This document shows positions 38,039 to 47,242 of a stretch of DNA of 64,000 nt, piece after piece. The stretch's first letter is position 1. The number at the start of each line of letters is the position of its first letter. Origin of the DNA: a virus. The position numbers and the translations under genes are program-made. Below the pieces are notes generated by a model. The model made no database searches. It saw only the letters and a program-made list of their open reading frames with translations, and was not told the origin of the DNA. The stretch is taken from IMG/VR virus record IMGVR_UViG_3300020473_000016; one strand, 5' to 3'.

Positions 38039-38425
38039 TTAGAAGGTGAACTTAACACCTGCTTTAGCACCCCAGTTAACGATATCTTCGTTAGAAGAAT
38101 CTTCACCAGTGATACCAGATAGTTCACCGTATACACCGAATGCTTCTGTAGCAGCGATGTTGATTCCTGCCTTACCAGAGAACTCACCCTCAGAACCGTC
38201 AGTTCCGTCTACAGCAACGAAAGAAGGACCGCCTTGTACGTATCCAGAAACTTTCTCACTAAGAGGACCCTCGAAACCGATGTGAAGATCTGTAGTTGCA
38301 CCAGAATAGTCTCCATCAGGATATGAGAGGTTGCTCTCAACGTTCACGTATGGACCAGCAAAAGCTGCACCAGCGAGAAGGAATGGAGATGCTGCTACCG
38401 CAGCGATTGTTGATTTGATTGACAT
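38039..38425 (-). CDS. small outer-membrane beta-barrel protein, picocyanobacterial type
   Basis: signal peptide ending AAFA; alternating beta pattern; C-terminal GVKFTF aromatic signal. Confidence 0.75.
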   Translation of the reverse strand: MSIKSTIAAVAASPFLLAGAAFAGPYVNVESNLSYPDGDYSGATTDLHIGFEGPLSEKVSGYVQGGPSFVAVDGTDGSEGEFSGKAGINIAATEAFGVYGELSGITGEDSSNEDIVNWGAKAGVKFTF

Positions 38426-38443
38426 GATTGTTTTTTAAGTGTC

Positions 38444-38517
38444 TCGCAAGAATAAAAAAATCCTGCGGATGATACTACTCCCGACATGGAATAGTTTACA
38501 TTTACGCAGGGTTACGA
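38444..38517 (-). ncRNA. candidate structured 5' leader
   Basis: nested stems UCGUAA/UUGCGA, CCUGCG/CGCAGG, ACUAUUCC/GGAGUAGU. Confidence 0.55.
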
Positions 38518-38540
38518 TAGTTTCGAGTCCTTTGTTTAAG

Positions 38541-38609
38541 TATTTATACATAATACTATCTTATGCCTGTGGAGTCAACCCCCCTTGTGACAGTTATGCA
38601 ACTGGCACA
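38541..38609 (-). promoter_or_regulatory. compound promoter (palindromic box + sigma70 + late)
   Basis: box 38586-38609; TTGACT-17-TATTAT; TATAAATA at 38541-38548. Confidence 0.75.
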
Positions 38610-39677
38610 CTAGTTCAAGTAGATCTGAGCAGAATCTATTGCAACCTCTGTAGTACCTTTGATTTTAACCCTAGCTGGTGTCTCAATATTAATATCATTC
38701 GTAGAATCTATATTAAGACCACCCTTAGCATCTATATCAGATGTACCTGCACCTTTCAATTTAAACGAACCACCAGTAGTTTCCAATCTCATTGTAGCAA
38801 GTGCCTCAATTTCTGCATTCAACTTAGCATTAACAAAGAAACTACCACTAGGATCTATTCGTACATTACCAACACCAGTTGTAACCTTAAATGTATCTGT
38901 TCTATCAAAAACTAAAGGTATCATCTTCAATCCACCAGCAGCCTTATAAGACATAACACCAGCAGACCATAGCTCATAATCACCCAAGACCTTACGGTTT
39001 ATATGACCCATTGATATTATGTTACTAGTACCTCTAGGATCATACTGTACGTCTGTTATTTCACCAAAGTTTCTTAATTTGGCTTGTCCTGTAACAAAAT
39101 CATTCTTCGTATCTGTTACTGTTTGAACAATTCCACCAAACATATTAATTGCACCAGCACCATTATTAGCATTAATATTAACTTGCATACCCTTAAGGGT
39201 TAACATATTACCTGCAATAATAGTAATATCATGACCTCTAACAACTACACCATCACCTGATGCATCAACTACCATATTACCATTAACATGCATGTTTAAT
39301 GCCTGTTTGTCTTTATTATCACCTCCCATGTTCAATTCCATGTTCAGTCTTTCTTGAAACTTCCAGATACCTCCACCACCAGCATTAATATTAAGTGCTC
39401 CACTACCAGCACCCAAAGCAGGGTTTCTTGGACCAGTTCGTATGTTTATCCTACTACGACTGTCCATGATAATAAAGTTATCACCTGGCCCATCCACTGT
39501 AAGTTTCTGTACTCCTGAATCTCCAGGATACTTGGTTTCTAATATAGTGGATCTGGTCATATGACCTTTATAAATCACACTAAATCTAGGAGTATCAGTC
39601 AGACTCTGAGTTTCGTCCTCAGTCGTCTGCTGAAAAATTTCAGTTGGATTTTCTTCTGCTGCTGTAACTTGTGACAT
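38610..39677 (-). CDS. gp5 C-terminal-like beta-helix spike protein
   Basis: short beta repeats ending AQIYLN; TAATG-coupled to the gp5 N-terminal gene. Confidence 0.6.
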   Translation of the reverse strand: MSQVTAAEENPTEIFQQTTEDETQSLTDTPRFSVIYKGHMTRSTILETKYPGDSGVQKLTVDGPGDNFIIMDSRSRINIRTGPRNPALGAGSGALNINAGGGGIWKFQERLNMELNMGGDNKDKQALNMHVNGNMVVDASGDGVVVRGHDITIIAGNMLTLKGMQVNINANNGAGAINMFGGIVQTVTDTKNDFVTGQAKLRNFGEITDVQYDPRGTSNIISMGHINRKVLGDYELWSAGVMSYKAAGGLKMIPLVFDRTDTFKVTTGVGNVRIDPSGSFFVNAKLNAEIEALATMRLETTGGSFKLKGAGTSDIDAKGGLNIDSTNDINIETPARVKIKGTTEVAIDSAQIYLN

Positions 39678-42544
39678 TATGGGCAATCCACGTAACGACC
39701 AGTACCAATCTTAGTAGCACCAACTTCAGCAAGGGCATCAGTACCAAGACATACAAGTGATGGTAACATCTTAGCACCACTACCAGTACTACCTATGACT
39801 CTAATCTCTGGCATCTCTTCAAATGTTAATGCTCTATCCAAAACTCTCGCACCAATTACAAAACCATCATCATTAATAATTGCTTCAGCAACACCCTTCT
39901 GTCCATTAACATAAACATCTGGTTGTGTTGTATATCCTTGTCCTGGTCTTGTTACTGTAAATGAATCTATAATACAACGCTTATTATTACCAGAAGCAAG
40001 ATTTTTCTTATATCCATATCCACCAGTTAGGACACGAATTTCTGTCAAGAATCCTTGATTATCTAACAGACCCATTGCAGTTGCTCCAATACCATTACCA
40101 CCAATAAACACAAATGGTGGTTCTTTATATGCAGTTCCAGTACTCTTAACTGGTATATGAATAATGGAACCATTACCATCTGTAATAATATCACCACTAT
40201 CAACAACAGGTGGTATAATTCCTTTTCCAGGATCTGTACCTGGTGTATCACCTTCTCCTTGATCAAAATCTGGTAAATCTTGATCTGTTGGAGCAGTAAT
40301 CAATACATCACATGTTGCACCTTTACCATGTATAGTAAATGTTAATGTCTCTTCGTCTTCTATTTCATTATCTTCTTCAATACCAACTGTTATTGCTGCT
40401 GAATTATTATTAATTACAAATTCTCCTTGTAATTGACCACCAACAATATCAGATTCTGTTATACCATTTCCAGTTAAACTATAGTATGCAACAGTTCCAT
40501 TAGCAACATTCCTTGTAGTAATTGAATAAATTACAAAATCTCCTTCTTTAACAGTAAGTTTATCTGAAATTACATTCCATGTTTCTTGTGTCCCAATTTG
40601 ATCGTTTGGATCATTATCAATTCCCTCTCCTGGAACTGTATCTGTAGTATCTGGTGGGAAAACCTTATCAATTTCAATAAATGGATCTGTAATGGGTGGA
40701 ATATAAGGATCTGTTGGTTCTTGTACAGGTTCTTCTTTAATCTTACATCGACCAATATTTTTAACGAACTTATGTCCTATACCACTTTCCTTTGAAGGAG
40801 AGTTCATTTCCAATTTAACATAGAAATACTCATCTGTTTCTCTCTCAGGTGTGAATAAGGTTTGGAATGTTATTGTCTTTTCAGTTTCATTTGGAAGGAA
40901 TCCAAGAATACCGTCTTCTGGAAGATAATCTTCATTTACAGTAGCAGTACCTTTGTTTAAATTCTTATATGATACAGAAGATGATACATCAGTTCTTCCT
41001 TTTCTAGTAACTGTGAATATTGCTTCATTTCCTTCTTCAACTTCTATATTATTAATATCATATATGATATTATTATCTAACAAAGTATCTGTAACACCAC
41101 CTGTAAATCCTACAGTAGTTAATATTAATGGTTTACCTTTATATGCATCTTCACAAACATATTGTGTATAATCTGCTTGAGTATCACCAAATGCATTTTC
41201 AATTTGTTCTAACAATTTATCTAATCCTTTTGGTTCTTCATCATTTTCTTCAGTTGTAGTACCATCATCCTTTTCTCCACTTGTACATGTCGCTGACCAT
41301 TCACTACATTGTAAATCAGGACCAGAGCATTGAATACCAAGTAGTTTTAGTACATAATTAATAGCATTACCAATAATATTAAATGGAGTAGCAATGGCAG
41401 CAAGTATAGTTTGTAGAGGACCAAGAATGTCTGCTAATAATTCTTCTAGCAAAGACGAAATCTTAGATAATATACCACCAATTAACTCATCAACCTGACA
41501 AGCAGCAGCACGATAAATTGACTGAACATAATTCATTAATACGTTAGTCAACCATTGTGCTAATCTATCACCAAGATCTGCCATCTTACATCCAAGATTG
41601 GCAAGCATTTTATTAATCCATTCTGTAATAGGACTTAATGCATTACCTTTCTTAGAAGGATATAACAATGCTTTTATAAGTTTCTTAACTGCTTTTGTTA
41701 TTAAAGCATTCACATAACCTTTTACGTTCGCAAGTAAAGCACGAATAAGAGACATGAATTTATTAACATACTTTCTAGCAGCATATATTCCATCATACAA
41801 CCCACCAGTTGTCTGGTTCACATAATAAGTTCCAATATTACCATTATTCTTCTGAACTTCATTTAAAAACTCCGCTAGATAAACTTTAGTTTTTTTACTA
41901 AAGTTCCTTTCACTTTCATCACAAACTTGACCATTAGTTGCACACCACTCTTCTCTAGATATATCATCCCATGTTGCTGGTTTAGGAACAGTTTCAAGAA
42001 CAGGGTTCCAATTCTTTGTCCCACCATCATTTAAAGGACCTGTTAAATTGTTTGTTTTAAAATCTCCTCGAGGACCACCTGACCACTCTTCAAACTTAAA
42101 TTCTGCATCAACTTCTTTTAAGCTTAATTGATCTGTATTAATATAAGACTCAAAAGTCATTGCGTCACCAGGACGACCAACCTTAGTAACAGTAGTAGCA
42201 CCTGGAGTCTGTCCAACAGACCCCATAATTATTGGTTTCTGTTTCTCATGATCGAGATAGAAACCAATAACCCAACAACCTATTTGTAACTGTGGATGAG
42301 CACCACCAAGATTTCCAGGCAGAAATGGAACGTTGACAGGCATCATTACATTTGCCCATGGCAAATCTGCGGTAGAAAGAATCTCAGGATCTTTTGGATG
42401 ATCCCCGATTATTCTTACCTTAAAACGATAACCGCCCTTGTTGTTTACTTCATCACGAGCGTTACCTTCAATTTGTCCAATCCACCAACTGAAACCATCT
42501 TGACCGATTCTTCCAGTTGGATTTATCTGCGAAAATAGGTCCAT
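39677..42544 (-). CDS. gp5: baseplate hub protein gp5 (OB-fold N-terminus, Calx-beta domains)
   Basis: RFKVRIIGDH...LPWANVMMP...GCWVIGFYLD...PIIMGS; VEEGNEAIFTVTR...ETEKTITF. Confidence 0.8.
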   Translation of the reverse strand: MDLFSQINPTGRIGQDGFSWWIGQIEGNARDEVNNKGGYRFKVRIIGDHPKDPEILSTADLPWANVMMPVNVPFLPGNLGGAHPQLQIGCWVIGFYLDHEKQKPIIMGSVGQTPGATTVTKVGRPGDAMTFESYINTDQLSLKEVDAEFKFEEWSGGPRGDFKTNNLTGPLNDGGTKNWNPVLETVPKPATWDDISREEWCATNGQVCDESERNFSKKTKVYLAEFLNEVQKNNGNIGTYYVNQTTGGLYDGIYAARKYVNKFMSLIRALLANVKGYVNALITKAVKKLIKALLYPSKKGNALSPITEWINKMLANLGCKMADLGDRLAQWLTNVLMNYVQSIYRAAACQVDELIGGILSKISSLLEELLADILGPLQTILAAIATPFNIIGNAINYVLKLLGIQCSGPDLQCSEWSATCTSGEKDDGTTTEENDEEPKGLDKLLEQIENAFGDTQADYTQYVCEDAYKGKPLILTTVGFTGGVTDTLLDNNIIYDINNIEVEEGNEAIFTVTRKGRTDVSSSVSYKNLNKGTATVNEDYLPEDGILGFLPNETEKTITFQTLFTPERETDEYFYVKLEMNSPSKESGIGHKFVKNIGRCKIKEEPVQEPTDPYIPPITDPFIEIDKVFPPDTTDTVPGEGIDNDPNDQIGTQETWNVISDKLTVKEGDFVIYSITTRNVANGTVAYYSLTGNGITESDIVGGQLQGEFVINNNSAAITVGIEEDNEIEDEETLTFTIHGKGATCDVLITAPTDQDLPDFDQGEGDTPGTDPGKGIIPPVVDSGDIITDGNGSIIHIPVKSTGTAYKEPPFVFIGGNGIGATAMGLLDNQGFLTEIRVLTGGYGYKKNLASGNNKRCIIDSFTVTRPGQGYTTQPDVYVNGQKGVAEAIINDDGFVIGARVLDRALTFEEMPEIRVIGSTGSGAKMLPSLVCLGTDALAEVGATKIGTGRYVDCP

Positions 42545-42772
42545 TTAATCATCGTATATTAAACATTCTGGTTCATCTGGATGTTGATCACAAAAGAGTT
42601 CAATAGTATTAGGATCATGGTGGTCACCTGCTTCTATCTCATCTTTATGATGCTCTACATATTCTTCTAGATCATGCAACTCATCCTTAATATGCCGTCT
42701 AGCAGCAGGATTCGTTGTAGGATCATCAAGAATTTCTTTATCTTTTTCTATGTGCTTTTCGATACTTTCCAT
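42545..42772 (-). CDS. cp12: CP12 Calvin-cycle inhibitor
   Basis: start at MESIEKH; C-terminal FCDQHPDEPECLIYDD; no N-terminal Cys pair. Confidence 0.93.
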   Translation of the reverse strand: MESIEKHIEKDKEILDDPTTNPAARRHIKDELHDLEEYVEHHKDEIEAGDHHDPNTIELFCDQHPDEPECLIYDD

Positions 42773-42797
42773 GTGATAGAATACCTCCTTATCAATG

Positions 42798-42804
42798 TAT
42801 TTAG
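42798..42804 (-). promoter_or_regulatory. late promoter CTAAATA for cp12
   Basis: motif overlaps the stop of the upstream gene. Confidence 0.6.
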
Positions 42805-44219
42805 TACTCAGCTGCATCATTAACACCCGAAGAATCTCTACAAAGAACTAAAGTCGATGTAAAGTGACCATTTCCAGAGGAAGGTGGTTTCAGGCTGTAA
42901 TTATGAGCGACTTCGTATACTAAGTATACACCACTACTCTCTGGATCGTATGGTTCTGTCCTGGATTCTTCATTTGGCAACTTACTCTTTAATTTTATCG
43001 TAACCTTATCTCCTGCACATATTTCGGAATTTCCAGGAATTACGATAGTACATTGCTGTTGTTTTAACAACTCATATCTAGCATTACTCTGAGCAGCATA
43101 GTATTTTACCCAATCAGCAAATTCTGAAGGATCCGTAGCACCATCCTGATCTTCTGGTGAAGCTGGACCACCTTCATTATACCATGTTTCATGATCTATA
43201 AAAGAAACTATGATTCTTGAATATTGTTTCGTTAAATCTTTTTCCCCAGTGCTTAATTGTGGTTGAGAAGTTGTTCCTCCTAGATGTGCTATATTATCAT
43301 AAGCACTACTAATATTATATTCTACTTCATCATATTCTCCTGTAGATAAATTAAAAGTAGCAACCTTAGTAGCATACTTACCTTTCCTAAGACTTTCTAA
43401 AAGATTAAGATCAGATCCAAAGTGAGAAAATTGAATAGAAAATTGAGTATCGGCAATATCATCATTTGCTAATTGCTCAACATATGGTCCCCATGATGGA
43501 GACTGTAATTGCGGAGCAGCAAACTGTTTTCCATCAACATCACATAAAGCATCTAAAGAAAAGAAATTATATCCTCTTCTATTTTCCCAAAAATAAAATC
43601 CAGCACTACCTTTTACTGATTCGGTAGTTTCCCATGGAAACTCCTCTGTATCTGTCTGAGGTGTATTAAATGAAGATTTTGTAGAAATACTCTTTGTTGC
43701 TATTGTTGAAATAATATCAAATGGTCTCCTTCTTATAGGTAATAATTTAGTTTTAAATAACGTAGGTTCGCTAAAAAAGTCTTTTTGACTATTAAGTTGT
43801 TCTGTAAGTAATTTAGCAGCTATTTGATCACCAGTTCCTTCTATTGGAGCACTCAATCTAACAACTTCATTACCTAGTGCTTCCTCAGTTACCAGACCAA
43901 TGGTATATGTTTGTATATTATTTTGAGCATATCTTCCTTGAACAGTGAAAATACGCATACTATACGTAATTAATTCTGGATTAATAGTAGTTTTAACAAC
44001 AATTTCTATTTTTTCAGTTCCTTGTATAGGAACCGCATTTAATAAACCACCAGCATCAACAATCTCCATCCTTCCTGCTACGAAAGGAGATGTAATATTT
44101 TCTGAATATACAAAAAATTGTATTAGAGATAGAGAAACAACTATAGGATCTCTACCATCATTAGGAAATATTTTACAAGACCTTAGCTCGAATTCTGATG
44201 CTGATGATGGTGATGACAT
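42801..44219 (-). CDS. baseplate hub / tail protein (gp27-like)
   Basis: YSENITSPFVAGRMEIVDAGGLL...GTEKIEI, FYFWENRRGYNF and IPGNSEICAGD motifs; lies between tape-measure-like gene and gp5. Confidence 0.55.
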   Translation of the reverse strand: MSSPSSASEFELRSCKIFPNDGRDPIVVSLSLIQFFVYSENITSPFVAGRMEIVDAGGLLNAVPIQGTEKIEIVVKTTINPELITYSMRIFTVQGRYAQNNIQTYTIGLVTEEALGNEVVRLSAPIEGTGDQIAAKLLTEQLNSQKDFFSEPTLFKTKLLPIRRRPFDIISTIATKSISTKSSFNTPQTDTEEFPWETTESVKGSAGFYFWENRRGYNFFSLDALCDVDGKQFAAPQLQSPSWGPYVEQLANDDIADTQFSIQFSHFGSDLNLLESLRKGKYATKVATFNLSTGEYDEVEYNISSAYDNIAHLGGTTSQPQLSTGEKDLTKQYSRIIVSFIDHETWYNEGGPASPEDQDGATDPSEFADWVKYYAAQSNARYELLKQQQCTIVIPGNSEICAGDKVTIKLKSKLPNEESRTEPYDPESSGVYLVYEVAHNYSLKPPSSGNGHFTSTLVLCRDSSGVNDAAEY

Positions 44220-44221
44220 AG

Positions 44222-46237
44222 TTATAGAGTAGCGAGATTAAGAGCAGAAAATGTAGTTAGGAACTCTCCATGTCCAGGAGTAGGCATTGTAAAGTTAGGT
44301 GTAAAGGTTTCTCCTTTTTCACCATCACCTGTACTATAGAAATTATTAATAACCATACCACCTTCATTATTCGATAATTCAGCCATAGCAAGTGAATCAG
44401 CAAAACTACTACCAGTATTTGATTGATCACCAGTAATTGCTTGTTCTGCTTGATGCTTGTTTAATAAATCATGCCACTGTTGTGTAACAGGAACACCTTC
44501 AAACTCACTTCCAACTGGTGTATCCAACATAGCTTGAATCTGTTCAGGAGTCATCTGATCTATGACCTGCTGCATTGAAGATGCATCAAGAGTTTGTTGT
44601 TCTTCATTGTTTGCCCATGGATTCTTAATACCCATCCACTGTGGTCCAATAAAACCGTCTCCTTTTTGAGAACCCATTACATTTCTCATTGCCTCAAGAA
44701 AACCACTATTATTAATAGATTCAGCAGTATTGGAAAAGGATTCACCTACAATTGTCCTACCTTCTTCTGAAAATAAATTGGGAATTTCTATCTCATGACC
44801 AAAAAAGTCCTTAGTAAGAGTGAATACACCATCATCATCTTCACCACCAGTTACCTTTTGTACTTGGTCTATAACAGCACCGACAGTATTCGTAACAGTG
44901 TCAACAATATTTGAAGTAATGTCTGAAATACCACCTAATATCCCACCTAAAGCATCCATTCCTCCTTCAGCATTCCAAAATTGACTTAATCCAGCAGCAG
45001 CTAATTTTTTATGATCATTTCCTGCTTGTTTCCAACCTTCAACTTGCCATTTAGCTTGTTCTATTGCAAGTTTCTTACCACGACCACCACCTAAAGGTGT
45101 AACAGTATGTCTTTCTGGTCCATGTGCATTAAAGACTGCTCCAGATTCAGGTGCATCAATATCAAACATTCCACCAGTACGGAATCCTTTCTCACCACCT
45201 ATCAAATCCTTTGCTAATAAAGCAGAATCTAATCCAACTGATATTGCAGTTCCAACTCCAGGAAATGAAGATGCAACACCAGAACCTAGTTCTAATAAAG
45301 CACCACCCCAATCACCTCTCGCTAATCTTTGAGCAGCAAATATAGCACCAAGACCAGCACCAAGAAACGGAATTTTCTTAGCAAGCATCTTACCACCAAT
45401 GCTTGTTGCAGCTTTCCTAGAAAATCTCATTCCTAGTCTACTTGCTATTCTCGCACCTGTTCTTCCACCCAAAGCGGTCATGGTTCTTGTACCGATTGCT
45501 CGTAAACCACGTTTTCCAACCTGATTTGCAAGATTTTTAGTACCTATTCCCATACCTAGACGACCTGCTCTAGTTCCAGCCATCATCATTGGTAATAAAC
45601 CAGCACCTCCACCACCTCCACCACCAGAACCACCAGAAGAAGAAGCTGCACTTAATCTTTTTATTGGATCTGTAGAACTTAAATTTTTAACCTTCTCTAA
45701 ATTATTTTCTTCAGTAGTAGCTTTTGCACGATTTAAAGCTAATTGTGATAATCTTGCAGTTTCTTGATGAGCAGTAATAGCAGCCTGAGTTTGCTCTTCA
45801 ATAGCATTAACTATTTGCATAGTTACAGCAGTATTTTTATTAACTGCAACTACAACTGCTTCTAAAGTATCGCCAGTTTGGAAAAACGAATCATCTCCGA
45901 AATTACCAGTACCACCAGCAGCAGGAAATATGCCACGATTAGATGGCATTATATCAGGATTTACAGGGTTTATATCCCTTAAAGCACGACCACCAAAGAA
46001 ATTTGATCCACCACCAGCATCTACTTTTACAAATATATTGTTTACTGGTTGAGTTATAGTATTATTATCACCAACTGATACAATAGCACCACCTTTCTCT
46101 TGACCTTCCTCTTTTTCCTCACCTTTTGCAGTTACTTTATCCCACAACTTTTTACCAATCCAGTCCGTGAGCTCTCCAAAAGCTTTGCCCAAAGCATCTC
46201 CTCTGGTATCTTGGTATCCTACAGTTCCACTAGCCAT
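44222..46237 (-). CDS. tape-measure-like virion protein (gp29-like)
   Basis: long helical Ala/Gly-rich protein; KKIPFLGAGLGAIFA block; follows gp26/gp51. Confidence 0.5.
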   Translation of the reverse strand: MASGTVGYQDTRGDALGKAFGELTDWIGKKLWDKVTAKGEEKEEGQEKGGAIVSVGDNNTITQPVNNIFVKVDAGGGSNFFGGRALRDINPVNPDIMPSNRGIFPAAGGTGNFGDDSFFQTGDTLEAVVVAVNKNTAVTMQIVNAIEEQTQAAITAHQETARLSQLALNRAKATTEENNLEKVKNLSSTDPIKRLSAASSSGGSGGGGGGGAGLLPMMMAGTRAGRLGMGIGTKNLANQVGKRGLRAIGTRTMTALGGRTGARIASRLGMRFSRKAATSIGGKMLAKKIPFLGAGLGAIFAAQRLARGDWGGALLELGSGVASSFPGVGTAISVGLDSALLAKDLIGGEKGFRTGGMFDIDAPESGAVFNAHGPERHTVTPLGGGRGKKLAIEQAKWQVEGWKQAGNDHKKLAAAGLSQFWNAEGGMDALGGILGGISDITSNIVDTVTNTVGAVIDQVQKVTGGEDDDGVFTLTKDFFGHEIEIPNLFSEEGRTIVGESFSNTAESINNSGFLEAMRNVMGSQKGDGFIGPQWMGIKNPWANNEEQQTLDASSMQQVIDQMTPEQIQAMLDTPVGSEFEGVPVTQQWHDLLNKHQAEQAITGDQSNTGSSFADSLAMAELSNNEGGMVINNFYSTGDGEKGETFTPNFTMPTPGHGEFLTTFSALNLATL

Positions 46238-46373
46238 TTTTTTGTTTCTGTTGTTGTGCTTTTCTTGCTGCTTTCACTTGTTCCATATATTGCATTACAA
46301 GAGTTATATAAACTTGCCTTTCCCAAGGCATCATATTCTCAAGTTCACTCAAGCTATATTTATGATGATGCAT
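46230..46373 (-). CDS. gp51: baseplate hub assembly protein gp51 (frame stays open upstream to 46436)
   Basis: MHHHKYSLSELENMMPWERQVY; missed by ORF track. Confidence 0.8.
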   Translation of the reverse strand: MHHHKYSLSELENMMPWERQVYITLVMQYMEQVKAARKAQQQKQKNG

Positions 46374-46398
46374 CAAAGCAAAGTTGGTTTTATAATAT

Positions 46399-46436
46399 CC
46401 CTCCAACGATGTATGAAAGAGGGCTATCCGAAAAAA
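46399..46436 (-). other. candidate -1 ribosomal frameshift signal
   Basis: T_TTT_TTC heptamer (46430-46436), 6-nt spacer, CCCUCU/GGAGGG stem. Confidence 0.65.
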
Positions 46437-47137
46437 TTCTGTAGCCCGTTGATTGTAAACTCAGATTCTACACCAGTATTAGGATTTTTAACCTTAAAAC
46501 TATGCTCTACTCTAGGACATGTCTCAAAGAATTTCTGTAATGCACCAAATTGCTTTGTAGTCATTCCATCCACAAATTCCTTAAATTCCTGATGACTAGT
46601 AGTAGAAGAATCAAAAACTTCTTCTCCATCATAGATTTGATCTATACAAGATGCTATAACTTCAGTTATAGTGTCTTGTTCTGGTGCTTGTCCAATTATA
46701 GACCCTGAAATAAACTGGTTATATCCAGGATATTTCATAATAAGACCCATAGTATCAGTAAGTTCAACTTTCTTACTATGACCTTCTGGTCTTATAACTC
46801 CAACATTATTCAAATCTAATTTATAAGATACCTTAGTCTCATTATCATCTTTACATGTTAATACTAAGTCTACTACCTCTCCAACAGAAACAGCACGAAT
46901 ATTTAGAAAAATTAGCTCTAAGTCAAATAGAGTTAATTCATCTATCTTTATTCTCGTCTGTATACAAGATTTTAATAAATTTCTAACAGCAGATTCTATC
47001 TGCTTATCATCTCCAGAATCCAAAGCCAGTAAAAGCAATTTCTCCTCTTTTACTACAAATGGACGATATTTAATCTTTTTGCCTGTAGATGGTACTACCA
47101 ACTCATATGTCGGTAAAACCGTTTTTGGTAATGCCAT
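46424..47137 (-). CDS. gp26: baseplate hub subunit gp26
   Basis: MALPK...PTYELVVPSTGKKIKYRPFVVKEEKLLL...FLNIRAVSVGE. Confidence 0.92.
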   Translation of the reverse strand: MALPKTVLPTYELVVPSTGKKIKYRPFVVKEEKLLLLALDSGDDKQIESAVRNLLKSCIQTRIKIDELTLFDLELIFLNIRAVSVGEVVDLVLTCKDDNETKVSYKLDLNNVGVIRPEGHSKKVELTDTMGLIMKYPGYNQFISGSIIGQAPEQDTITEVIASCIDQIYDGEEVFDSSTTSHQEFKEFVDGMTTKQFGALQKFFETCPRVEHSFKVKNPNTGVESEFTINGLQNFFG

Positions 47138-47161
47138 AAAATGTAATTCAAATCGTATATT

Positions 47162-47233
47162 TATTTAGCTCGACTTTTTGAGGCAATTTTTTGCCGAGTA
47201 AATTTTCCCCGATTCATGGAATTGAAAAGTCGA
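47162..47233 (-). promoter_or_regulatory. late promoter CTAAATA plus upstream branched hairpin
   Basis: CTAAATA at 47162-47168; TCGACTTTT/AAAAGTCGA arms enclosing GGCAA-TTTT-TTGCC. Confidence 0.5.
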
Positions 47234-47242
47234 ATTTGCTGG

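Noticed and set aside
38441-38490. GGGAGUAG...GAGAC resemblance to the yybP-ykoY Mn riboswitch
   Set aside because: GGGAGUAG is paired in a local hairpin and the four-way junction is absent; kept only as an unnamed leader.
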